In this document: one piece after another, positions 10,588 through 19,048 of the stretch
Numbering within the stretch: the first letter of the stretch is position 1
How the letters are laid out: each line of letters opens with the position of its first letter
Origin: Phycisphaerae bacterium
Lineage (GTDB): Bacteria; Planctomycetota; Phycisphaerae; UBA1845; JANYLN01
DNA: 55,737 bases
Direction of reading: 5' to 3'
Assembly: GCA_041687575.1 (NCBI GenBank)
Contig: JAWLBS010000002.1
Span: 1 to 55,737, forward strand
Position numbers and translations under genes: made by a program
The notes under the pieces: model-generated
Told to the model about the DNA's origin: nothing
What the model saw: the letters and a program-made list of their open reading frames with translations, nothing else
Database searches by the model: none

Positions 10588-12599
10588 GAGATTTTGCCAG
10601 GATCGGTGTCGTCATCCCGGCCCTCAACGAGGAGCAGGCTATCGGGCAGGTGCTGGCTGCCATCCCCGATTGGGTCGATGAGGTCGTCGTCGCCGACAAC
10701 GGTTCGACCGATCGCACCGCACAGGTCGCACAAGCGTACGGCGTGCGTGTGGTCCACGAGCGGCGTCGCGGCTACGGGGCGGCTTGCCTGGCGGGGATCG
10801 CGGCGCTGCATGCCCCGAACATCGTCGTGTTCCTCGACGGCGACTTCAGCGACTATCCCGGGCAGATGGCGTCGCTGGTCGATCCGATCCTGGCCGGCCA
10901 GGCGGACATGGTCATCGGCTCGCGGGTACTGGGCGAGCGAGAGGCCGGTGCGCTGACGCCGCAGGCCCGCTTCGGCAACTGGCTGTCCTGCCTGCTGATC
11001 CGTGCGTTCTGGAAGACTCGTTACACGGACCTGGGGCCGTTCCGGGCGATTCGGCGGCAGACGCTGCAGCAGCTGGACATGCAGGACCCGAACTACGGCT
11101 GGACCGTCGAAATGCAGATCAAGGCGGCACAGCGGGCCGTGCCGACGCTGGAGGTGCCCGTCAGCTACCGCCACCGCATCGGCACATCGAAGGTCTCGCG
11201 AACCGTCAAGGGTTCGTTTCTCGCGGGGGTCAAGATCCTTTGGATGATCTTTCGGGCCCTGCTGGAGCCGCGCCCCAGCCGGGCGCGAGTCGCGCGGCAG
11301 CGGCTGATCGTCTTCACGCGATATCCCGAGCCCGGCAAGACCAAGACGCGGCTGATCCCGGCGCTGGGGCCCGACGGGGCCGCTGATCTGCACCGCGAGA
11401 TGATTGGCCGTTGCCTGCAGGCGGCGAAAGATGCGGCGCGACGGCGGCCGGCTGCCGTGACGGTGTCGTTTGCGGGCGGCGACCAGGAGCGGATGGCCTC
11501 CTGGCTCGGACCGGGTCCGGACTTCGTACCCCAGACACAGGGCGACCTGGGCCGGCGGATGCACGATGCCTTTGTGCACGCGTTCGCGCGGGGTATTGAG
11601 CGGGCGGTCCTGATCGGGAGCGACTGTCCCGGCATCAGGCCCGAGATTCTCACCGCCGCGCTGGATGCACTGAACCGCTGCGACGTCGTGTTCGGCCCGG
11701 CCATCGACGGAGGATACTACCTCATCGGACTGCGAAGGCCCGTACCGGAGCTGTTCGCCGATATGCCCTGGAGCACCGAGAAGGTACTGACCGAAACGAT
11801 GCAGAGGGCGCGCGACCTCGGCCTGTCGGTCCGCCTGGTGGCGAGCCTGCAGGACGTGGACCGGCCGGAGGACCTGCGGGTCTGGCAGGCGGTGCAGGCG
11901 CACCGGCCAGCTGCGAGCCCGGAGCGGATCTCGGTGATCATCCCGACCGTCAATGAGGCCGGACGACTGCCGATCGCCGTAAGAAGCACGTGCGGTGACC
12001 CGAACGTCGAGGTCATCGTTGTCGACGGCGGCAGCACGGATGACACCGTCGCCGTCGCACAGGCCACCGGTGCACGGGTCTTGACGGTTGCATCTGCGAA
12101 CCGGGCCCGGCAGATGAACGTCGGCGCCGCGTCTGCGACGGGCAATATCCTGCTGTTCCTGCACGCGGATACGCGATTGCCGGGGCGATACGGCGAACAC
12201 GTTCGCAGCACCGTGCGCGAACCGGATACGATCGCGGGGGCCTTTCCGCTGCGCCTGGATTCGAACCGCCCCGGGCTGAGGATCATCGAACGGCTGGCGA
12301 ACTGGCGGTCGCGCCGCCTGCAGATGCCCTATGGCGACCAGGCCCCGTTCGTCCGCGGGGAGGTCTTCCGGGCGCTCGGCGGCTTTCGGGAAATGGTGCT
12401 GATGGAGGACTTCGTGCTGATGGCGCAGTTGCGCCGGCTCGGCCGCGTGCGGATCGCCGATGCGCCAGCCGTCTCGTCTGCGCGACGATGGCTCGAACTG
12501 GGTGTGCTGCGAACCACGCTGATCAACCAGGCGGTGATCGCAGGCTATTTGGCAGGAGCGTCGCCGGAGACGCTCGCCCGCTGGTACGGTCGGTCGTAG
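10584..12599 (+). CDS. Three-domain fusion: GT2 (DPM1-like) + DUF2064/TIGR04282-like + TIGR04283-like GT2
   Basis: Domain 1: GVVIPALNEEQAI ... VVADNGSTDRT ... FLDGD. Domain 2: LIVFTRYPEPGKTKTRL ... IGSDCPG ... GPAIDGGYYLIG. Domain 3: ISVIIPTVNEA ... VVDGGSTDDT ... RARQMNVGA ... FLHADTRLP ... PYGDQAPFVR ... LMEDF. The start ATG overlaps the upstream stop (ATGA at 10584). Confidence 0.85.
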   Translation: MRDFARIGVVIPALNEEQAIGQVLAAIPDWVDEVVVADNGSTDRTAQVAQAYGVRVVHERRRGYGAACLAGIAALHAPNIVVFLDGDFSDYPGQMASLVDPILAGQADMVIGSRVLGEREAGALTPQARFGNWLSCLLIRAFWKTRYTDLGPFRAIRRQTLQQLDMQDPNYGWTVEMQIKAAQRAVPTLEVPVSYRHRIGTSKVSRTVKGSFLAGVKILWMIFRALLEPRPSRARVARQRLIVFTRYPEPGKTKTRLIPALGPDGAADLHREMIGRCLQAAKDAARRRPAAVTVSFAGGDQERMASWLGPGPDFVPQTQGDLGRRMHDAFVHAFARGIERAVLIGSDCPGIRPEILTAALDALNRCDVVFGPAIDGGYYLIGLRRPVPELFADMPWSTEKVLTETMQRARDLGLSVRLVASLQDVDRPEDLRVWQAVQAHRPAASPERISVIIPTVNEAGRLPIAVRSTCGDPNVEVIVVDGGSTDDTVAVAQATGARVLTVASANRARQMNVGAASATGNILLFLHADTRLPGRYGEHVRSTVREPDTIAGAFPLRLDSNRPGLRIIERLANWRSRRLQMPYGDQAPFVRGEVFRALGGFREMVLMEDFVLMAQLRRLGRVRIADAPAVSSARRWLELGVLRTTLINQAVIAGYLAGASPETLARWYGRS

Positions 12600-12682
12600 T
12601 CAGCGTCGACCGGTTCGTGCCGCGGTACAAGGTCCGACGGGACCGTTGTGTCGGCTTCCACCAAGACGAATTGCCGCTTCGC

Positions 12683-14344
12683 CTATCCTGCCCGGTCCCC
12701 GTTCTGCACGCTGTTGAGTGCCCAGTCGTAGTCCAGCCAGCGGATCTGCGGCACATCGCCGGCCTCCAGCGAATCGTGCAGTCGCGGGGCGAATCGGGCG
12801 GCGTATTTCAGCACCGAGCCCACCGCCTGCTCGAAATCGCCCGCATACCACTTGTACAACGGGGTCAGGCCGACGATCTGTTCATCGGACTTGAAGCGGA
12901 ACCAGCGGGCATGCCTGTGGACGTACTTCGTCTGGTCCTCCAGCTGCGAGTCCAATCGGTCGGCCGTATACGCCTCATCGCGTAGCGGTGGACAGCCGAC
13001 GGCCGCGCAGACCAGCGCAAAGTGGATCCGCGGTTCCTCGAAGTGCGGCCGGATCTGCTCGTGCTCTATGTCGTTGAGGCTCCAGACGTGGCCGCCGACG
13101 TTCCATCGCCGATCTTCCCACCGCTTGTCCGCTGGGATGTCCTTGATTGACTCGACCGGGTAGTACTCCAGGATCAGCTGCAGCGTGAAGGCGTTGTAGG
13201 CGTTGATCAGCAGGGCAAGCTTCTCGTCCCGGCCCATCTTCTCGAAAGAGGCTTCTGCTACGGAGTCGATATACCTTCGCAGGTCAGCCGGATTCGCGCT
13301 GAGCCCCTGGTAGTCGACCCAGCCGCCCTCGCGCACGAAGCGCTTCAGCATGGCGTCATATGTCGAATGATCGAAAGCAGGCCCGCGGGGCTTTTCCGCG
13401 TACGTTTCGGTCATCTTGACCGGCGGCGGACCGAACAGGCCCGCGATGGCGTCCTGGTTTGCCCAGGCGGCACCTGTACCAACGACAAAGGCAATGGCCA
13501 CCACGGCAGCGGCGACCGTGCTCCATGACCTGCGCCCCTTTTCTGCTGGCTCTGCGGCTTCTTCGGACGCTGCCGCGGTCGCCAGTTCCGGCCTCTGCCG
13601 GGCCATCGCCCGCCGGGCCAGACGCGTCACGTACCAGGTCACCACGGCTGTCGCCAGCAGACCCACCGCCAGCAGCACCCACTCCCATACGCTCCGCTGG
13701 CGGGCCTCGCCGCCGGCGGCAACCAGGCCCGCTCGCCCGGCGTAGCCCAGGTACACGTACAGGAACGTGCCTGGCAACATCGCCAGCCAGCTGATCAGCA
13801 CGTATGGCCAGAAACGCACGGCCGTCAAGCCAAACAGATAGTTGCCGATGCTGAAGGGCACCAGCGGCGACAGCCGAAGCAGCCCGACGACCCGCCAGCC
13901 GCCCTGGCCGATCGCACTGTCGATCGCCCCGAACCGCGGATACTGCCGGGCCTTGTTCTCAACGGTACCTCGAGCCAGGTACCGTCCGATCAGAAACGCG
14001 ATGGCCGCGGCCGTGGTCGCCGCAAGCGATACCACCAGCGTCCCGATCCAGAGCCCGAACAGGGCCCCAGCCGCCAGCGTCAGCACCGAGCCCGGCACCA
14101 GCAGCACCGCCGCTGCGACGTAGCCGAGACCGTAGACGAACGGCCCCCAGAACCCGATCTGTTCCACGTGCGAAGACAGCGCCGCCACCGCCCGGCCCAC
14201 CGGCAACACCCGGACCATCACGATCAGGCAGCCCACGATGACAAGAATGGATATCCAGCGCACCCACTTCGCCCACCCCACGTTTTCGGCACGACTCGCC
14301 GGCGTCGCTCCGACGTCTCGGGATTCCCTCTCGGTCGAGTTCAT
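12683..14344 (-). CDS. Fusion of a TVP38/TMEM64 (DedA-related) membrane domain with a C-terminal DUF547 domain
   Basis: N-terminal half has multiple TM segments with the TVP38-like RLSPLVPFSIGNYLFGLT motif. C-terminal half shows the DUF547 pattern LALLINAYNAFTL ... HFALVCAAVGCPPLR. Start set at MNSTERE (14344), preceded by GAGGAGG. Confidence 0.8.
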   Translation of the reverse strand: MNSTERESRDVGATPASRAENVGWAKWVRWISILVIVGCLIVMVRVLPVGRAVAALSSHVEQIGFWGPFVYGLGYVAAAVLLVPGSVLTLAAGALFGLWIGTLVVSLAATTAAAIAFLIGRYLARGTVENKARQYPRFGAIDSAIGQGGWRVVGLLRLSPLVPFSIGNYLFGLTAVRFWPYVLISWLAMLPGTFLYVYLGYAGRAGLVAAGGEARQRSVWEWVLLAVGLLATAVVTWYVTRLARRAMARQRPELATAAASEEAAEPAEKGRRSWSTVAAAVVAIAFVVGTGAAWANQDAIAGLFGPPPVKMTETYAEKPRGPAFDHSTYDAMLKRFVREGGWVDYQGLSANPADLRRYIDSVAEASFEKMGRDEKLALLINAYNAFTLQLILEYYPVESIKDIPADKRWEDRRWNVGGHVWSLNDIEHEQIRPHFEEPRIHFALVCAAVGCPPLRDEAYTADRLDSQLEDQTKYVHRHARWFRFKSDEQIVGLTPLYKWYAGDFEQAVGSVLKYAARFAPRLHDSLEAGDVPQIRWLDYDWALNSVQNGDRAG

Positions 14345-14586
14345 GATCAATCGCCTCCTCGGCTTGCCACCCGCAACAGCCTCCACATCCGAGCCACCTG
14401 TTGCGAGAGAACCTTCGTCGGGATCATAGCTGGGGCGGTTATCTGCCGCATACCAGCGGATCCTGTCGATGAGTCAGGCCGATCGGTCGATCCTTACGAA
14501 TGCAGCGGAAGAAATGCCTGGCTGTATCACGACCGCGACAGATCAGGCGTACGAGCGGACGGTTTGCGACAGACCTTGGGGCGCAT

Positions 14587-14862
14587 TCACTTCCCGCCGC
14601 GCAATGCCTCCTTGATCCGCGTGCGGGTTTGCTCGGGCAGGGGGTGTCTCCGGCCGTTCAGTTCCGCAAAGCGGTCCTGCTCATAGTTCCGGTCGCTGTA
14701 CCGGCGGCGGACCAGCCGATGAAGCATCTCGACCTGACGCTTGTAGCCGCTGCAGGCCGAACACATCATCAGGTGCAGGCGCATGCCCATCCGCTGCCAG
14801 ATCGACAGCCGATGGTCAAGCCCTTCCGAGACCAGCCTTGCAACCTGCTTGCACGACAACAT
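14587..14862 (-). CDS. Anti-sigma factor, zf-HC2 type (91 aa)
   Basis: H-x3-C-x2-C motif HLMMCSAC. The start MLSCKQV overlaps the stop of the upstream ECF sigma gene by 1 nt (TGATG). Confidence 0.7.
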   Translation of the reverse strand: MLSCKQVARLVSEGLDHRLSIWQRMGMRLHLMMCSACSGYKRQVEMLHRLVRRRYSDRNYEQDRFAELNGRRHPLPEQTRTRIKEALRGGK

Positions 14863-15474
14863 CAACGGTTCCTCCGGGACGATTCGCCGCCTTCGGTGTT
14901 CCGCCGGAACCAGCGATTCTCCAGGCAGTCCCGCAAGCGGGCCCGAGCCCGATGCAGCATCACCCACAGATTGGTCTGCGTGACGCCCACAACCTTACAC
15001 ACTTCCGCGGAATCCACATCGTCCATCGTCCGCAGGGCGGAGGCCTGGGCCATCTGCTGCGGCAACGCCGCCAGGCACTCCTCGAATGCCGCCCAGAACT
15101 CCTCCCGCTGCAGCAGCGCCGCCGGATCGCCCCCCCACTTGTCCGGCGGGTCCGACCACATGCCCCGCTCATCGAACCGCCCTTCGATCCGCGGGTCGGC
15201 CGCCTCGACCTGCCCCGTCGGCCGCTGTCGACCGGCCCGCCTCAGGTAATCCAGCATCTTGTGCCGCAGGATGCCGATCAGCCAGGTCCGCGGTGACGAC
15301 TCGCCCCGGAACGAGTCGATGGCCCCCCCCCCTCGCAGCCAGGAACGTCTCCTGCACCAGGTCCTCCGCCGCATGCCGCTCCCGCACGCGCAGGAGGGCA
15401 TAGCTGAACAGGGCATCGCCGTGCTCGTCTACCCACGTCCCCATGTCCACCCGTTGGTCGGGCTCCCAGTCCAT
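14862..15474 (-). pseudogene. ECF-type RNA polymerase sigma factor interrupted by a frameshift in a G10 (coding-strand) homopolymer
   Basis: Region 2 (HGDALFSYALLRVRERHAAEDLVQETFLAA) is in ORF 15169..15570. The rest (AIDSFRGESSPRTWLIGILRHKMLDYLRR ... region 4 VCKVVGVTQTNLWVMLHRARARLR) is in ORF 14862..15416, one frame away. The frames switch at the C10 run 15323-15332. Strong GGAGGTGA RBS before the ATG at 15474. Confidence 0.75.
15323..15332. repeat. C10/G10 homopolymer inside the ECF sigma coding sequence
   Basis: Read directly: ggCCCCCCCCCCtcgc. Nine G on the coding strand would give an uninterrupted sigma ORF (…LAARGGAIDSFRG…). Confidence 0.9.
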
Positions 15475-15881
15475 ATAGTGCCTCACCTCCTTGGCAACAG
15501 AACCTGCACGTGACGGCTTCCATTGCGACAATCTTAGGCCAATCGCATCCCGCAGGGCGGTTGAGTTCATTGCCTTGCTAAGGCTTGCGCTTCTGCATCA
15601 ACATTGGATGTGTCGCGTATTCATGGCAAGAGCATCAACGCTTGGTAAGCGAGCACAGACTGGCCCCGGTAGTCGATTATTTTCAGTTCGTAATCTGCAG
15701 ACACGCCCTGGATCAGAAATCGCTTGCCGCAGAAGCCCCCGCAGATGGCTTTCTCCAAATGAATCTATTCAAGCCAGGACCCGGGCCAGATCGGCCACCG
15801 GCAGGGCCGTGATCCGCAGACTTTTCCTATCTTCATGCATGTTGGTCATAAATCGTACGTATCTGCCAGGATTAGCGTTAC

Positions 15882-16208
15882 GTGGCCTTGAGGTTCCTCG
15901 CAACACATGGCTCACATGGGGTCATGGCAACCAACCACAAGCGAGGGACACAGATGAACGCGAACCAGATGACCTTTGGCGTAGAGATCGAAACCGGCCA
16001 GGCCGCCTCCAACAGCGACCTGGCCCGCCGGCTGAAGATGGACCAGTCCTACATTGCCCGCACGATCCGCCTGACCTCCCTCGCCCCGGCCATCATCGAA
16101 GCCATCCTCGCTGGCCACGAACCCGATGGATTCTCTCTGCTGGCTCTCCGACGCAACCTGCCGCTGCTGTGGGACGAACAGCGGCAAACTCTCACGGGCA
16201 ATGATTAG
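15882..16208 (+). pseudogene. Probable remnant of a recombinase/ParB-like C-terminal HTH tail
   Basis: The segment SDLARRLKMDQSYIARTIRLTSLAPAIIEAILAGHEPDGFSLLALRRNLPLLWDEQRQ resembles the HTH-plus-LAPDIVEAILDG tail I recall from a subset of serine-recombinase-family proteins. No catalytic domain precedes it. It sits in a lower-GC patch. Confidence 0.3.
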
Positions 16209-16244
16209 CAAAAGCAACTCGCTCTGGCTTCTTGCTTCCGAGCC

Positions 16245-16544
16245 CTACGGCGTATCCGTTCGACCTGTCTCAACTGGCAGCCGCGCCAGGACGAGCCCTT
16301 CGAAATCGACGATGGCACGGCTGGGATCGCCGATGCTGCGGATGGCGAAGCCCTGCTCGCTGCGTTCACTGTGGATCAGGACGGCGCTGCCGAAGCGCAG
16401 CCCCTTCGCCACCTTCTCCCAAAGCAGATCCCGCACGCGGGCCGAGACCCGACCCACGAACACGCCCGCCTTCGGCTGGATCAGCCACCGCGTCAGCTCA
16501 CCCCGCAGTGACGGAGTCACCCTCTCCAGGATCAGAATTGTCAT
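16245..16544 (-). CDS. cas2: CRISPR-associated endoribonuclease Cas2, type I-E
   Basis: MTILILERVTPSLRGELTRWLIQPKAGVFVGRVSARVRDLLWEKV matches the Cas2e pattern (…ENVPPRLRG.L..WLLE.RAGVYVG..S..VRE..W…). At 99 aa the length is right for the family. Confidence 0.85.
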   Translation of the reverse strand: MTILILERVTPSLRGELTRWLIQPKAGVFVGRVSARVRDLLWEKVAKGLRFGSAVLIHSERSEQGFAIRSIGDPSRAIVDFEGLVLARLPVETGRTDTP

Positions 16545-17010
16545 CGCTGTCCCTCTCCCTGCTGCTCAGGCTCGATAGATCGTCCATCTTGAGGATCTGC
16601 CCGATCGGCAGCTCCGCCGCAATCGTCGCCGGCTGCCACCAGTCGGCGGGCATGGCCCCGCCCGCGGCGAACTCGTCCGGCGCCTGCTGCTCGGCTGCCT
16701 CGACTTTCAGGACCTTCCGGATATCCGGCAGGACCCGCTCGACCAGCCGCTCTGCAGAGAACCGGTCGCGACAGGCCAGCCTCACTTTCCGCTCGATGCC
16801 GCCGACCTCCGCCGCCGCGATCGAGAACGCCAGCAGCACCGTCATCTCCATCTTGTACAGGTCCGCCACGTCGTACACGAACGACAACTGCTTGCCCGTG
16901 TGGATGAACCCCAGGGCCGGGGAGTATCCGCCCGACAGGATCGCCGCGTGCACCAGGCCGTACAGGCAAGAGTTTGCCGCCGACAGCGCCCGGTTCACCG
17001 GGTCGGCCAT
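16498..17010 (-). pseudogene. cas1: 5'-truncated cas1, type I-E (C-terminal ~170 aa only)
   Basis: NRALSAANSCLYGLVHAAILSGGYSPALGFIHTGKQLSFVYDVADLYK … VRLACRDRF matches the C-terminal half of Cas1e, including the catalytic His/Asp region. The upstream ~135-170 aa are absent because the tadG-like stop codon lies only 45 nt away. Weak homology may extend ~20 nt upstream of the listed Met. Confidence 0.85.
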
Positions 17011-17054
17011 GTCCCAGGCGTTTGCAGGGACGTCCTGACGCAGTGATGTACCGC

Positions 17055-18425
17055 TTACTCCACCAGGTACGACACGTGGGCCAGGACGTCGTCCCGGCCG
17101 CGGTAGGGGATCGTGATGTCGCCCGTGCCGTTGATGTCGAGAGTGTTGACGATGATCTGGTTGCCCATGTTGAAACTCGTGCCGCGTGCCCAGAGCTCGG
17201 CCCCGGGCAGATAGAGCGTACCGGTGAGCTTCGTGTCATGCGTGCCGACCATCCGCGCGCCGTTGTGGTTGTCGCGGGCCTGCCAGATGCTGATGCCGCG
17301 ATAGGTGTCGGCCGCGGGGAAGTAGCGGCCGGCGTCTTCGGCGGGCAGCGTCGGCGGAGACAGTTCGATATTGCCGTTGCCTCCGAGGTCGATGCGTCCG
17401 CTGCCGACGATATGCAGCATCACGCCGTTGGCGATGAGGTTCCCGCCGGTCATGCTCAGCCCTTCGCCGTCGAGGATATAGATCCCGGGGGTGAGCGTCA
17501 GGGTGCCGCCCTGCATGCGGATGCCGCCGGAGAAGTAGTGATAGCCGTCGCTGGTCCCGCTCGTCGGGGAGATCGTGACGGATGCCTGGTCGTTCAGCCA
17601 CAGGGAACCCTCGTCCTGGAGCCCCTGGCTGAGCAGTGCGTCGAGGTCGGGTTCGGGCACGTCGCCGAGCGGATCGGCCACGGGCGCGTCGATCGGGTGG
17701 AGGCGCGACGGGTCAAAGTCAACGGCCCCTCGGATCACGTTGCCGCCGACGAGGTCGACCTGCGGCGTGCGGATCTTGGGTCTGCCCCTGGCGTGGAAGG
17801 CACTGCCCGCACTCGAGTTGACCACGCCGCCGCCATGGATGCTTTCGAAGGTGGTCGTCCCGCTGAATTTCACCGCCTCCGGGGCGTCGCTATCCAGTAC
17901 GCTCCAGGCGTAGCCGGGGGTAAAGCGTTTGACAGCCAGGGCGGTCCGCTGGACGTCGACGCTGGTTACGCCGAACATCGGGCCGAAGAACAGCGGCAGC
18001 GCGCCGTTGGGCGAGCCGGACGTGAGGCGTGCGGTTGCGCGAACGGCATTCGGATACTCCGCGTTCGGCAGAAAGATCCTGCTTGCGGTGTCGTATCGCC
18101 CGACGATGACATCGCCGCCGTCGAGGTCGAAGCTGACCGCCGTGCCGTGCGCATAGTTCAGCGAACCAATGCTGCTCGCCGCCGTGCGGGCCTGCTGGCC
18201 CGTCTCGTCGAGCAGGACCTCGTGCGCCCCGGCCAGGGCGGCGGCGTCGGCGGCGTTCTGCAGCTGATGGCGGACCAGCATCGTGTAGCCGACGTCGATG
18301 GCCAGGCCGGTGACCCCGACCAGCACGACCATGAGCACCGCGACCCAGACCAGCACAACCCCCCGTCGCTTTGTCAGATGTGAGGATCTCCCGCCACGCG
18401 TTCGAATACTCGTGCGCTTTGTCAT
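17055..18425 (-). CDS. tadG: TadG-like Flp pilus assembly protein (TadE/G-like N-terminus)
   Basis: The N-terminus RRGVVLVWVAVLMVVLVGVTGLAIDVGYTMLVRHQLQNAADAAALAGA is the typical TadG pseudopilin-like anchor. Divergent from flp. Confidence 0.75.
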   Translation of the reverse strand: MTKRTSIRTRGGRSSHLTKRRGVVLVWVAVLMVVLVGVTGLAIDVGYTMLVRHQLQNAADAAALAGAHEVLLDETGQQARTAASSIGSLNYAHGTAVSFDLDGGDVIVGRYDTASRIFLPNAEYPNAVRATARLTSGSPNGALPLFFGPMFGVTSVDVQRTALAVKRFTPGYAWSVLDSDAPEAVKFSGTTTFESIHGGGVVNSSAGSAFHARGRPKIRTPQVDLVGGNVIRGAVDFDPSRLHPIDAPVADPLGDVPEPDLDALLSQGLQDEGSLWLNDQASVTISPTSGTSDGYHYFSGGIRMQGGTLTLTPGIYILDGEGLSMTGGNLIANGVMLHIVGSGRIDLGGNGNIELSPPTLPAEDAGRYFPAADTYRGISIWQARDNHNGARMVGTHDTKLTGTLYLPGAELWARGTSFNMGNQIIVNTLDINGTGDITIPYRGRDDVLAHVSYLVE

Positions 18426-18848
18426 CTGATTGCCCCTTGTACCCTGTTCCCGCTGGGCCCCGCATATGGCTTGCCTCCGGCCGACTCGCCCGGAAGCGGC
18501 GTGTCGTACAGTATTATTTTATCCTGTAAATGCGCGGTGGCTACCCGGCTCGGCCAGGACGTTCGGCGGCGGCATGTCGCCCCGGCTGGACAGGCTGGAT
18601 CTCAGTCCTCCCGCAAAAAGTTCGGGGCAACTTGCCTTTGGCGAAAACCAGCCTATCTTTAATCTAGTTGCACTTCCTTATGGGTTTTGACTGGGTCGAG
18701 CAGGCGCAAGCGCCTGGTGGACCAGGGGCAGGGAAGCAAGTCAGTCCGAGTCACCATGCGTGTTCGTTGATTCTGTGATGATTGTACAGGTCGGAGTTGT
18801 TTCGTTAGGCCATGCGCCAACATCGGCGCTAACAAGGAGGAGCGCGCT

Positions 18849-19016
18849 ATGACGCTGCTGAAGAGGTTCTGGAAGGAAGAGGCGGGGTTGGAGACTGTGG
18901 AGTGGGCGATCCTGGCGGCGGTTATCAGCGGTGGAGTGATTGTAGCCGCTGGAGTGATCGGGGGATTCGTTCAGGATCGCTTTACCACCCTCCAGGCGGA
19001 CATTGAGGCCTCTTGA
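18849..19016 (+). CDS. flp: Flp family type IVb pilin (55 aa; below the ORF-track size cutoff)
   Basis: My translation is MTLLKRFWKEEAGLETVEWAILAAVISGGVIVAAGVIGGFVQDRFTTLQADIEAS. It contains the Flp motif (G/ETVEWAIL followed by a hydrophobic stretch). AAGGAGGAG RBS at 18834-18842. It lies immediately upstream of the prepilin peptidase. Confidence 0.75.
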   Translation: MTLLKRFWKEEAGLETVEWAILAAVISGGVIVAAGVIGGFVQDRFTTLQADIEAS

Positions 19017-19048
19017 CGCCTAATTAGTCTGAACTTGTCGGGTGTGCC

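Noticed and set aside
10440-12200. 586-aa minus-strand ORF, and similar long ORFs at 10..1224(-), 2150..3154(-), 16974..18383(+), 22725..24317(-), 23893..25782(-), 33212..34972(-), 36775..38142(-), 40030..41433(-), 41506..43206(-), 46989..48440(+), 49756..50676(-) and 51467..52672(-)
   Set aside because: All overlap strongly supported genes on the other strand or in another frame. All have Arg/Pro/Gly-dominated composition without family motifs.
5488-12599. Calling the left-hand cluster an arsenosugar biosynthesis locus outright
   Set aside because: The radical SAM protein looks BioB-like rather than ArsS-like, with its CxxxCxxC at ~residue 75 and no Cys-rich C-terminal domain. No ArsM signature or ars genes were seen. 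Only the glycosyltransferase families suggest the link, so it is reported as a variant neighbourhood only.
15571-16244. A CRISPR array downstream of cas2
   Set aside because: I looked for ~28-29-nt direct repeats spaced by ~32 nt and found none, here or elsewhere in the window.
17011-17054. Terminal inverted or direct repeats, or att sites, at the Tad-island borders (also 28585..28618)
   Set aside because: Only 4-5-bp palindromes are visible, and the two junctions share no sequence. I cannot support a specific insertion mechanism.
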